64,000 nucleotides of DNA from an uncultured Mycoplasmatota bacterium (GTDB taxonomy: Bacteria; Bacillota_I; Bacilli_A; RF39; UBA660), in NCBI GenBank assembly GCA_947646095.1, contig CANSFI010000004.1:2788-66787 (forward strand), given 5' to 3'. Made by a program: the position numbers and the translations under genes. This document shows, one piece after another, positions 1 to 9,190 of this stretch. How positions within the stretch are numbered: position 1 is the stretch's first letter; the number at the start of each line of letters is the position of its first letter. Under the pieces are notes generated by a model that had not been told where the DNA came from, ran no database searches, and was given only the letters and a program-made list of their open reading frames with translations.

Positions 1-4
1 TGTT

Positions 5-1162
5 ATGGCTAAAGGTGTTGTTTGGGGGCTTATTTGTGTTTTAACAGTATTTCCTTCTTTACTTTTAGTATTTGATAATTTAATAGAGAAAACTAAACAT
101 AAAAATATTTTTCCTAAATTTAAAAAAATTCAAACTTTCTCTATTAAATACTATAAATTAATTTTAGGGATTTTTATTCTACTTAGTATTCCTGCTATAT
201 ATGGAAATAACAATTATAATGTATATTATAAATTAGATAAATCTTTACCCACTGATTTGCCTAGTTCAATAGCAAATAGTGAAGTAGCTAAAAAATTTAA
301 TATTATTTCACCTCAAATAATTTTACTTAATAAAAGTATTAATGATAATGAATTAGTTGAATTAACTAATAAAATAGAAGATATAGATGGTGTTGATTTA
401 GTATTATCACCTTCTAAAATATCTGAATTAGGTCTTCCTAAAGAAATGTTACCAGAAGATTTAATAAATATATTTGAAAATAATAACTATAAATTAATGC
501 TTATAAATTCTACTTATGAAGTAGCAAGTACAGAGTTAAACAATCAAATAAATAGCATTAATAAACTTGTTAAAAAATATGATAAAAATGCTATTATAGC
601 TGGCGAAGGAGCACTAACTAAAGATTTAGTTGAAATAGCTGATCATGATTTTAAAGTTGTAAATTATATATCTATTGGTATTATATTTATTTTAATGTTA
701 TTAGTTTTAAAATCTATCAGTTTACCATTTATTTTAGTTATTACTATTGAGTTTGCTATATTTATTAATTTAGCTATAGCTTATTATACTAATACTAACT
801 TACCCTTTATTGCTTCAATAGTAATTGGTACAATTCAATTAGGCGCTACTATAGATTATGCTATATTAATGTCAACTAAATATTTAGAAACAAGAGAAAG
901 TAAAGATAAAACCGAATCTTTAAAAGAAACTTTAGATAAGACAGTTCCTTCAATAATTGTCTCAGCACTATGTTTCTTTGCTGCTACATTTGGAGTTGCA
1001 ATCTACTCTAAAATTGATATGATTGGGTCAATATGTAATTTATTATCAAGAGGAGCTATTATTAGTATGCTTGTAGTAACTTTAATTCTACCTGTTTTAC
1101 TATTAGTATTTGATAAACTAATTATAAAGACAACTAAAATTAAGAAAGAAGGTATACAATGA
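5..1162 (+). CDS. MMPL/RND-superfamily membrane transporter, C-terminal half (5' end cut by window edge)
   Basis: The frame is open to the window edge. A soluble loop is followed by about 6 hydrophobic helices (ISIGIIFILMLLVL, VVTLILPVLLLVF), as in the second MMPL repeat. ATGA overlap with the next gene. Confidence 0.7.
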   Translation: MAKGVVWGLICVLTVFPSLLLVFDNLIEKTKHKNIFPKFKKIQTFSIKYYKLILGIFILLSIPAIYGNNNYNVYYKLDKSLPTDLPSSIANSEVAKKFNIISPQIILLNKSINDNELVELTNKIEDIDGVDLVLSPSKISELGLPKEMLPEDLINIFENNNYKLMLINSTYEVASTELNNQINSINKLVKKYDKNAIIAGEGALTKDLVEIADHDFKVVNYISIGIIFILMLLVLKSISLPFILVITIEFAIFINLAIAYYTNTNLPFIASIVIGTIQLGATIDYAILMSTKYLETRESKDKTESLKETLDKTVPSIIVSALCFFAATFGVAIYSKIDMIGSICNLLSRGAIISMLVVTLILPVLLLVFDKLIIKTTKIKKEGIQ

Positions 1163-2781
1163 AAAAATTAAATATATTATTAATTGGAACTTTAATATTT
1201 ATTCCCTTTAAAGTTTCTGCTTTTAATAAAAGCGAAACAATTTATTCTAATTTAAATTATGATGGTAGTTCCTATAATACTATTATTAATAATCAATTAA
1301 AAAATGTTAATGAAAAAGAATTAGAGGATGAAACTGAATTAAAAAATATTTTAAATATTAATGGTAATGAAAAATTTGAATTAAAAAATAATAAATTACT
1401 GTGGAAAACTAATAAAAAAGATATTTTTTACAGAGGTACTTTAGAAAAGAAATTACCAATTTCTACTGATATAAAATATTATTTAAATGGTAAGAAGGTA
1501 AATCCTGATGATATAGTTGGTAAATCTGGTTCTATTTCTATTGTTATAGATTTTACTAATCATGAAAAAAATACTGTTAATATTAATGGAATTAATCAAA
1601 ATTTATATACACCATTTGTTGTTACATTAGGTACTATTATTGATGGTAAGGATAATAAAAATATCAATATAAATAATGGTAAAGTTGTAAGTACTGGTTC
1701 TAGAAATATGGTAGTTGGTCTATCTTCTCCTGGTTTATATGAAAGTATTAATTATGATGGTTTTAAAACTCTAAATAATATTACAATTGAATATGAAACA
1801 ACTAATTTTTCATTAAATAATATTTATATAGTTTCTACTCCTAAATTGATAGATGATAATGATTTAGATATATTTAAAAAAATGGATAATCTTTATAATA
1901 ATATTAGTCTTTTAAAAGAAAATATGGACAAAATAGAAGATGGAGCTAAAAAATTACAAAATGGTACTAAAACCCTTTCTAATGGCTCTTCTTTAATATC
2001 AGAAAACTTACAAATAGCTTCTAAAGGTATAATAGAACTTGAGAATGGTTCTAATGATATTAATAATGGTATTAAACAAGTTATTGATGCTTTAAATTTA
2101 GCTAAATCACAACTTAATATTGATAAACTTAATATGTTAGAACAAAATAATATTAATGCCGCTAATGGGTTATTAGTATCATTAAAATCCCTTGGTTTAA
2201 CAGATGATTTAATTATATTATTTAATAGTTTTACTGTAAAAGATTTAAACTTAGGTGGAACATTTAATAGTAATGATGAAGCTAATAATGGTCTTAAAAA
2301 TTATCTACAAACTAATGGTTATAACACTACTCAAATACAAAGTATTATGCAATTAAAAAGTTTATATGATGTTTATTTATTATTAGGTATGGATGCTAGT
2401 ATATTTAATCAAATAAGCAATTTATCTAATCAAATTGATCAATTGCTAATTGGTTTAAATAATTTAAAAGATGGTAGTACTAATTTAACAAATGGAATTA
2501 AGTCTTTAAAGGAAGGTATTTCTAAATTATATAGTGGTTCCTTAAATTTAAATGAAGGAATAAAAAATTTAGATAATGGTACTATAACTTTATCTAATGG
2601 GATTGTAAGCTTTAATAAACAAGGTATTAGTACACTTACACATTATGCTTATACTATTAAAGATTATTCTGATAAAGCTGATGCTTTAATTAATCTAAGT
2701 AAAAATTATAAAGGTTTTGCCTCTAATAACAGTAATACTACTAATTTTATATCTATGATTAAAGCTACTAAAAAGAAATAG
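1159..2781 (+). CDS. Secreted/anchored Asn-rich repeat protein, YhgE/Pip-like
   Basis: Signal-like N-terminus MKKLNILLIGTLIFIPFKVSA. Repeated L-x-N/D-G-x-x-x-L segments (KLQNGTKTLSNGSSL, LKDGSTNLTNGIKSLKEGISKL). Translationally coupled to the MMPL gene. The family call is from memory. Confidence 0.45.
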   Translation: MKKLNILLIGTLIFIPFKVSAFNKSETIYSNLNYDGSSYNTIINNQLKNVNEKELEDETELKNILNINGNEKFELKNNKLLWKTNKKDIFYRGTLEKKLPISTDIKYYLNGKKVNPDDIVGKSGSISIVIDFTNHEKNTVNINGINQNLYTPFVVTLGTIIDGKDNKNININNGKVVSTGSRNMVVGLSSPGLYESINYDGFKTLNNITIEYETTNFSLNNIYIVSTPKLIDDNDLDIFKKMDNLYNNISLLKENMDKIEDGAKKLQNGTKTLSNGSSLISENLQIASKGIIELENGSNDINNGIKQVIDALNLAKSQLNIDKLNMLEQNNINAANGLLVSLKSLGLTDDLIILFNSFTVKDLNLGGTFNSNDEANNGLKNYLQTNGYNTTQIQSIMQLKSLYDVYLLLGMDASIFNQISNLSNQIDQLLIGLNNLKDGSTNLTNGIKSLKEGISKLYSGSLNLNEGIKNLDNGTITLSNGIVSFNKQGISTLTHYAYTIKDYSDKADALINLSKNYKGFASNNSNTTNFISMIKATKKK

Positions 2782-2796
2782 GTTTTCTATTTCTTT

Positions 2797-2985
2797 TTAT
2801 ATCTTATCATATTTTTTTAATATTTCTTTTTTACTTAATTTAGTTACACTCTTAATAATTTTTATATCAATTCCTAATTTTAACATTTCATTAGAACATT
2901 CTTTTTTTCCTTGGATAAGTCCTTGTTCAAAACCTTCTTTTAAACCACATTTATAACCATATTTTCTACTGTTTTTATCTTTCAT
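2797..2985 (-). CDS. Small protein resembling the C-terminal tail of Rpn/PD-(D/E)XK putative transposases (probable remnant)
   Basis: KEGFEQGLIQGKKE...MLKLGIDIKIIKSVTKLSKKEI resembles the Rpn-family tail. No nuclease domain is present. Confidence 0.3.
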   Translation of the reverse strand: MKDKNSRKYGYKCGLKEGFEQGLIQGKKECSNEMLKLGIDIKIIKSVTKLSKKEILKKYDKI

Positions 2986-3130
2986 TTTTTCACCGTATTA
3001 AAACTATTATATTAATTATAATATATATATATACACTTCATTTTAAATTAATATAAACTTACCTTTCTATTAGTATAATACAATTTTTAATATATTTTTT
3101 CCTTCTAAAAAAAGAAAATAGTTCAACACA

Positions 3131-3160
3131 TAAAAAATAGTATGACCACTGCCATACTAT
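3131..3160 (-). terminator. Rho-independent terminator after the LysM pseudogene
   Basis: Stem atagtatg (3138-3145) / catactat (3153-3160), followed on the minus strand by a U run (plus-strand aaaaaa 3132-3137). Confidence 0.6.
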
Positions 3161-3921
3161 TTTATTGTTAGTTTTTGTCCTGGATAAATTATATGGGGAT
3201 CTTTTATATTGTTATCATTAGCTATAACTCGCCAATCTTTATTAAATTTTTTACCTATTTTTATTAAATAATCTCCTTTTTCTACTATGTATATAGTATC
3301 TTTTTTCATTAATATTTCATTTACTCTATTTTGAATAGCTTGATAATTATACCCTAATTTAATTAGTTTTTCTTTTCTAAAAAGATTATTTCCCCATTTA
3401 CATTCTATTACTTAATAAGCTAACTGTTCTATTGTTTTGGCATAATTGTAATCAATTTTATTCCAATTATATAAGCCATTTACACACATGAATACTACCA
3501 TTGTTTCCATTATAACCAGCATCATTATCTCTACCTATTAAATGGTTATGAGCTCTTATTCCAGTTTCATTAGCGGTAAGTAAGAAGCTTCTCCTCCTAT
3601 TGTTCAACTTTTATATGTATCTCCAGCTCCTAGTAAAAATCTATCTTTTATCTGTTCCCAAACTCCTCCAAATAAAAGTGAAGGGTCAGTAGAACTTACA
3701 GATAAATATATACTTCCTATTGGATATATTTGATTGAAATCTAGGCTTGTATAAGATATTCCTTGATTACATGTTATACTATTTACGATTAAGTTTCCAT
3801 CACTATCTAAACTAAATTTATTATTTTTTGATGTTAAACAAGCTATAGAAGCAGTATCTACTTCTATATTTAATTTATCTTCTGTTTTTGTAAATGCATC
3901 TTTAAAATAGATGTCATACAT
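3157..3921 (-). pseudogene. Decayed phage tail-fibre/collar-like gene with C-terminal LysM domain
   Basis: The 105-aa ORF 3604..3921 ends ...IYPIGSIYLS..LLFGGVWEQI, then TGA. Downstream, in shifted frames, I read GGEAS..LTANETGIRAHNHLIGRDNDAGYNGNNGSIHV, then IECKWGNNLFRKEKLIKLGYNYQAIQNRVNEIL. An intact LysM (DTIYIVEKGDYLIKIGKKFNKDWRVIANDNNIKDPHIIYPGQKLTIK) ends at TAG 3157-3159. At least two stops or frameshifts break the gene. Confidence 0.6.
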
Positions 3922-4170
3922 TGTAAAATCATCCTCTTTCTAATTTACTTTTTAAATTCTTCTAAAACTTTATAAAATTAATAATTAAACGACTGTTGCT
4001 TTCAGTTCCATAGGAATTTCACCTTATTTCCGATTAATTGAGTCTATCACTAAATGGAAGTATCATTATCACAAATCTTCATCATTGCATTACTATTAGC
4101 TATAGTATTTATAATCAAGTTTTTATCATTAAGCGAACTTATTAACGTGCTTAGAAGATTTGATATGTAT
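3922..4170 (-). ncRNA. Candidate structured leader/ncRNA, copy 1 (diverged copy of 48600..48925)
   Basis: No ORF. Lies between a TTGACA box (4187-4192, minus strand) and the pseudogene start. Shares collinear sequence blocks with the ICE element (see findings). Confidence 0.3.
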
Positions 4171-4304
4171 TTAATTATTATTAAATTGTCAAAGAACAAA
4201 AATGAGAAATATATATGAGAGATTTTTTTCTCTCACTATATTCCTCATTTAAAATTAAAAAGTTAAGTTTAAAATTAGAAAATTATAAATATAAAATTTA
4301 TAAC

Positions 4305-5345
4305 TTATTTTACAATCCAGCCATTTGGAAGTTCCCTTTCACCAGTTGAACTATATCCACATGGTTCATTATAAAGTTTATTTTCAACTACTAGTGTTGT
4401 TGAAGCTCCTCCATCCATATTAACAGCATTGTAAGCTCCATATCGTTCTAGTATTTCGATTAAGCCATTCATATCAACACCACCACGACCACTCCAGTTG
4501 TATTTGTTTTGACCATTACCATCTACTACTAGGAATAGTACTATTCCATCTTTTCTTTGAGCTAAAACTGTTCTAGGATTAATTCCCCATCCTCCATTAC
4601 CAGAAATAGTAGCTGATTTTCCATTTACAATTAAGAAAGGTCCAAATTGAACAGCATCTCTTATACCTTTATTTATAGCATCCTGAGTAGTTCCATTCAT
4701 AAGTACTAAAACGTCATCTTGATTAAATCCAGCAATTCCTCCTATAGCATCCCCAGAATCCCATACTATTTTTCCATCTTCTATAACTGTTCCAAGTGGT
4801 ATTCCTCCATTACCATAACCACCAGGATCAGAAAATCCTCCAGCATTGATTGCGACTTTAGCATCATATCTTTTAGCAATATCAACTAAATATTCACCTG
4901 TAGAACCTAAATATTTAGTGGTTGCTACTTTAACTCTAGAAGGATCATAAATAGCAGTTAAATAAACATTGTAACCATTATATTTAAATTCAATTAATTT
5001 ATATAATGCATCTTTATCATGTTCTAATATTTGTTTATCATAAACTGATGTATAAGTAGCTGATACATCTCCTACTTTTACTTTAGATGTGTCTGTATCT
5101 TCTCCTATATTTGAAACATAATTTTGACTTAATACTTTATTGATTAATTCTTCTGAATAAAAGATACGAGCCAAGTATTTATGACTTTTAGTTGTCATAG
5201 CTGTAGTTATTAGAAAATCTCTAAAATAAGTAATAGGACCATATGTTAAGAAAAAACATATTGCTACTATTACATCAAAACCAATTAAAACTTTTAATAA
5301 TGTTTTTACCTTTTTTTTCTTTTTTTCTTTTTTCATATTTATCAC
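4305..5345 (-). CDS. Phosphodiester glycosidase family protein (DUF2233-like), N-terminal membrane anchor
   Basis: Motifs AINAGGF, RTVLAQRKDGIVLFLVVDG and NAVNMDGGASTTL. K-rich N-terminus followed by one TM helix. Overlaps the upstream gene by 4 nt. Confidence 0.7.
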   Translation of the reverse strand: MINMKKEKKKKKVKTLLKVLIGFDVIVAICFFLTYGPITYFRDFLITTAMTTKSHKYLARIFYSEELINKVLSQNYVSNIGEDTDTSKVKVGDVSATYTSVYDKQILEHDKDALYKLIEFKYNGYNVYLTAIYDPSRVKVATTKYLGSTGEYLVDIAKRYDAKVAINAGGFSDPGGYGNGGIPLGTVIEDGKIVWDSGDAIGGIAGFNQDDVLVLMNGTTQDAINKGIRDAVQFGPFLIVNGKSATISGNGGWGINPRTVLAQRKDGIVLFLVVDGNGQNKYNWSGRGGVDMNGLIEILERYGAYNAVNMDGGASTTLVVENKLYNEPCGYSSTGERELPNGWIVK

Positions 5346-6679
5346 CCTATTATATATGGATTTTCTTTTTCACCATTTCCTGATTTAACTTGTGAAGATA
5401 AATCTAAGAAAATAGTTGGTCTTATTTTAGCTTTATTACTTGGTAAATCAGCATATAAATTGTTATCTTTTTCTACTTTATAGATAGTTCCAATATAGGT
5501 ACTTGTTCTAGAAACTAAGAAATAATCACTATAGTCATTTATAAATAAATCACCAACTTGCATCATACCTACTTTTGCTTCTATTTTATTATCGAATATT
5601 TTACTATAATCAAAGTCAACTGTACTATCATATCTATTAGTATAAATAGTTCCTGTTACCATATTGGTATGATCTAAAGTTTCATAGAAGTTGTTATTTA
5701 AATAATATCCAATAGCACTATTAATAGAATATACATTAGAGTTATTACTAAATGATCTTTCATAATCTTCATCATTTTGTTTTATAACTCCATCTAAAGC
5801 TAATCTAATATAGCTATCATTTTTTTCTATTATACGCCAATTATTATTACTATAATTTACATAACTACCTATATTTTTATCTTTTAATAAATTACTTGAT
5901 TCTTGTTCAATTACATATGGTTTTTCTAAAGTACCTTCGCCACTTATAAGATCAATATCTCCTTTAATTGTAATAACAGGTCTTACTCCATAACTATAGT
6001 ACTCTTTACCTAAACTAGATACATCATTTAATTTACCATCATTGTACACAAACCAAACGCCTTCACTAGAGGTATTACTTAACCACCAATAATTATTTTT
6101 ATTTAGATAACTTTTACTTCCACCTGCGTTTTTATACTCAATTAATGAAAGTAATCCTACACTATCATTTTGTATTTCTTTGCATTTTATATCGTTACTA
6201 TCTAATGTATCAATACAAAAATTAGTATCAACTAAATAATTGTCTGGATTATTTAAACTTTTGTAGAAAACTCCATTAGAAGTATTATTTAACCAATTTT
6301 TTACATATGATGTTTTATAATCATCAATTCCCCAAACCAGATTAGTAAGAGATTCATCAGTTATTAATTTAATATTGTTATCTTTATCAATTGAAACAAT
6401 TCTAAATAAATATCCAGAGTATTTTAGATAGTTATTTACTTTATTTCCTTTAAATATATAACCATCATCTTCTTTATATAAACCATCTTCAATAGTAGTT
6501 ATATTTTTCTTTAAAGTTATAGTTTCTATTAAATTTAGTTTTTTTGTTGTCTTTGGATTCTCTATCCTATAAAAATGGATTAAACGATAAGCATAAAAAC
6601 ATGTAATTGCTAGAAGAATTACAATGTTTAAACATATTATAATATTTTGTATTTTTAATTTTCCCTTTTTCTTTTTCAT
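5342..6679 (-). CDS. Membrane-anchored protein with two WW..S...G-x-RP-type (DUF6273/DUF1566-like) modules
   Basis: N-terminal TM helix. Two modules end in YWWLSNTSSEGVWFVYNDGKLNDVSSLGKEYYSYGVRPVITIKG and ...KAKIRPTIFLD. The start lies 2 nt after the gpmI stop. Confidence 0.4.
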   Translation of the reverse strand: MKKKKGKLKIQNIIICLNIVILLAITCFYAYRLIHFYRIENPKTTKKLNLIETITLKKNITTIEDGLYKEDDGYIFKGNKVNNYLKYSGYLFRIVSIDKDNNIKLITDESLTNLVWGIDDYKTSYVKNWLNNTSNGVFYKSLNNPDNYLVDTNFCIDTLDSNDIKCKEIQNDSVGLLSLIEYKNAGGSKSYLNKNNYWWLSNTSSEGVWFVYNDGKLNDVSSLGKEYYSYGVRPVITIKGDIDLISGEGTLEKPYVIEQESSNLLKDKNIGSYVNYSNNNWRIIEKNDSYIRLALDGVIKQNDEDYERSFSNNSNVYSINSAIGYYLNNNFYETLDHTNMVTGTIYTNRYDSTVDFDYSKIFDNKIEAKVGMMQVGDLFINDYSDYFLVSRTSTYIGTIYKVEKDNNLYADLPSNKAKIRPTIFLDLSSQVKSGNGEKENPYIIG

Positions 6680-6680
6680 A

Positions 6681-8180
6681 TTACCTCTTAATCAAATTTT
6701 TACCTGTCATTTCTTTTGGAATTTCTAAGTTTAATAATGATAACATAGTAGGTGCGATATCACCTAATTTACCATTTTCTAAAGTTATATCTTTTTTATT
6801 TACAATAAATGGTACTAGACTAGTTGAATGGCTTGTTATTTTATTATTGTTATCATCTAACATATAATCACAATTACCATGATCAGCTGTTACAATCAAA
6901 GTTCCATTTATTTCATCTATTTTTTTTATTAATTTACCTAAACATTCATCTAATACTTCTACTGCTTTAACTGTAGCTTCATAATTTCCAGTATGACCTA
7001 CCATATCTCCATTAGCATAATTTAAAATTATGACATCATATTCATCTATTACTTCTAATAATTTATTAGTAATTAAATAAGCACTCATTTCTGGTTTTAA
7101 ATCATATGTAGCAACAGATGGTGAATCTATTAATATTTTAGTTTCATTTTTATAATTTATTTCTTTTCCACCATCAAAGAAAAATGTAACATGAGCATAT
7201 TTTTCTGTTTCTGCTATTCTTAATTGTGATAAATTATTTTTTTCTAAATATTCACCTAATATATTAACTAAATCTGGATCACTATAAGCACTTAATGCTT
7301 TAACTGATTCAACAACTGGTAGCATTGTAACAGTTTTAATATTGTTAAATTTTTTGGTTTCAAATTCATTAAAGTCACGATTAGTTATAGCAGTTAATAT
7401 TTCACGCAAACGGTCTTTTCTAAAGTTGAATACGATTATTCCATCATTTTCAGATATCATTCCTGATTCATCAAAAACAGCTGGTAATAAAAATTCATCT
7501 GTTATACCTTTATTATAACTATCGTTTATATATTTCTCTATAGAGGAACTTTTTTCACCAATACCATTTACAATAGCGTCATATCCTTTTTTTAATCTGT
7601 CATAGTTATTATTTCTATCCATCCCATAATAACGACCACCAATTGTTGCGATTGAACCTATATTTAGTTCTTTTAATTTGTTTTCAATTAAATTAATATA
7701 AGAATAAGAACTAGTTGTTGAAACATCTCTACCATCAGTGAAAAGATGAAGATATAGATTATCTATTCCTTCTTTTTTACATATATCTAAAATTGCTATT
7801 AAATGATCGATATGTGAATGAATTCCACCATCACTAATAAGTCCTAAAATATGGAGGTTTGACTTATTACTTTTAGTATGCTTTATTACGTCTATTATAT
7901 TCTTATTTTCAAAGAAAGTTTTATCTTTTATTTTTTCATTTAATAATTGTAATGGTTGATATACTAGTCTTCCAGCACCTATATTCATATGTCCTACTTC
8001 GCTAGTTCCCATTTGACCATATGGAAGTCCTACTAATGGTCCACTAGCATGTAATAAACTATGTGGATAATTATTCCATAGATAGTCAAAGTTTGGTTTA
8101 TAAGCATTTTTAAATGCATTACCATGAGTTTCATCTCTTATACCAACACCATCTAAGATACATAATACAACTGGTTTCAT
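6681..8180 (-). CDS. gpmI: 2,3-bisphosphoglycerate-independent phosphoglycerate mutase
   Basis: Motifs LDGVGIR, GTSEVGHMNIGAGR and TADHGN. Length 499 aa. Confidence 0.95.
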   Translation of the reverse strand: MKPVVLCILDGVGIRDETHGNAFKNAYKPNFDYLWNNYPHSLLHASGPLVGLPYGQMGTSEVGHMNIGAGRLVYQPLQLLNEKIKDKTFFENKNIIDVIKHTKSNKSNLHILGLISDGGIHSHIDHLIAILDICKKEGIDNLYLHLFTDGRDVSTTSSYSYINLIENKLKELNIGSIATIGGRYYGMDRNNNYDRLKKGYDAIVNGIGEKSSSIEKYINDSYNKGITDEFLLPAVFDESGMISENDGIIVFNFRKDRLREILTAITNRDFNEFETKKFNNIKTVTMLPVVESVKALSAYSDPDLVNILGEYLEKNNLSQLRIAETEKYAHVTFFFDGGKEINYKNETKILIDSPSVATYDLKPEMSAYLITNKLLEVIDEYDVIILNYANGDMVGHTGNYEATVKAVEVLDECLGKLIKKIDEINGTLIVTADHGNCDYMLDDNNNKITSHSTSLVPFIVNKKDITLENGKLGDIAPTMLSLLNLEIPKEMTGKNLIKR

Positions 8181-8245
8181 ATTATCATCTCCATTATCAA
8201 TTTTATCATAAATATGTATATTTTAAAAAATAAAATACAGATTTT

Positions 8246-9091
8246 TTACTGTATTTTACATTTTTTTATAATTTGTTTTACTTTTATCATATCACCATTA
8301 TCTATAGTTAGTGATCTAGATAATAATTTAAAATTAAATATATTACTACTTATTAGTTTACCATCAGCATTACAGATTAATGGTATTTTTGATCTAACTT
8401 CAAAGCCATCACTACAAAATCTATCAATATAACAAGATTGTTCGTGTCTATTACATATTAGTTTTAAAAATAAATCTGGAATTTGATAAGTCTTTAGTGG
8501 TTTTATCATATATACATCTAAAAATCCATCACTTAAATCAGCAGTAGAAGAAATTTTAAAATTAGAACTACTATATTTACCATTACATATAGCCATAAGG
8601 TTAACTTTATAATTACCACGATCTAATTCTAATTCAAAATTATTTTGTTTAAATATTTTAGATAAAATACTATTTCTATTTTTTATATTACTATCTACTA
8701 TTTCAGATTCTAAACTAAGTGTTGCTTCGTTAATAAAATATTCATTATTTACAGAAGCCAAATCTATTTTATTAAAACATTTAGGTAAACTTTTTAAAGA
8801 CTTACTAAAATGCTTGCTACTACCTATAGGAATAACATTTAAAATATTTTGACTGCCTATTATCCCTGTTACAATTTCTCTTAAGGTTTCGATTTCGCCT
8901 ACACTATAAATAATATTTCCATCCCCTAATGATTTTATAGTTTGATTTAATTGGTTGGAATTAGGTACATAAATTATTTTATAATCTACATCTATTTCTT
9001 TACAATATTTGTCTATTATAAGTGATGCCCTTAAAGCTTTTTTATTACTAATATCTACTATAAATATATGTTTATAATTCATCTTTACCAC
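8246..9091 (-). CDS. DAG-kinase/YegS-like lipid kinase family protein with degenerate catalytic motif
   Basis: Overall DAGK_cat plus accessory layout (DGFLDVY). VGEIET sits where GGDGT is expected. Confidence 0.5.
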   Translation of the reverse strand: MVKMNYKHIFIVDISNKKALRASLIIDKYCKEIDVDYKIIYVPNSNQLNQTIKSLGDGNIIYSVGEIETLREIVTGIIGSQNILNVIPIGSSKHFSKSLKSLPKCFNKIDLASVNNEYFINEATLSLESEIVDSNIKNRNSILSKIFKQNNFELELDRGNYKVNLMAICNGKYSSSNFKISSTADLSDGFLDVYMIKPLKTYQIPDLFLKLICNRHEQSCYIDRFCSDGFEVRSKIPLICNADGKLISSNIFNFKLLSRSLTIDNGDMIKVKQIIKKCKIQ

Positions 9092-9159
9092 CCCATGTCA
9101 TCGTATCATAAATTTATTATAAAAACAAATAAAAAATGTCAAAAAAAGTAAAATTAATG

Positions 9160-9190
9160 TATAAAATTTCTAGAATTAATCTAGAAATTA
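9160..9190 (-). terminator. Terminator hairpin after pseudopilin A
   Basis: Stem atttctaga (9166-9174) / tctagaaat (9180-9188) plus a U run on the minus strand. Nearly identical to the hairpin at 10824-10844. Confidence 0.6.

Noticed and set aside
8214-8432. Plus-strand 72-aa ORF, together with all the other short antisense ORFs in the track: 9337, 10967, 15017, 17433, 19646, 22909, 23638, 27639, 28671, 28906, 30432, 31641, 32034, 32653, 36830, 36999, 37582, 38436, 39935, 41144, 41604, 45922, 49196, 52114, 54131, 54893, 57545, 58156, 61551, 61747.
   Set aside because: Each lies inside or antisense to a longer ORF with clear family motifs. Their translations are L/I/F/S-rich low-complexity strings typical of shadow frames in AT-rich DNA. 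None has an RBS.
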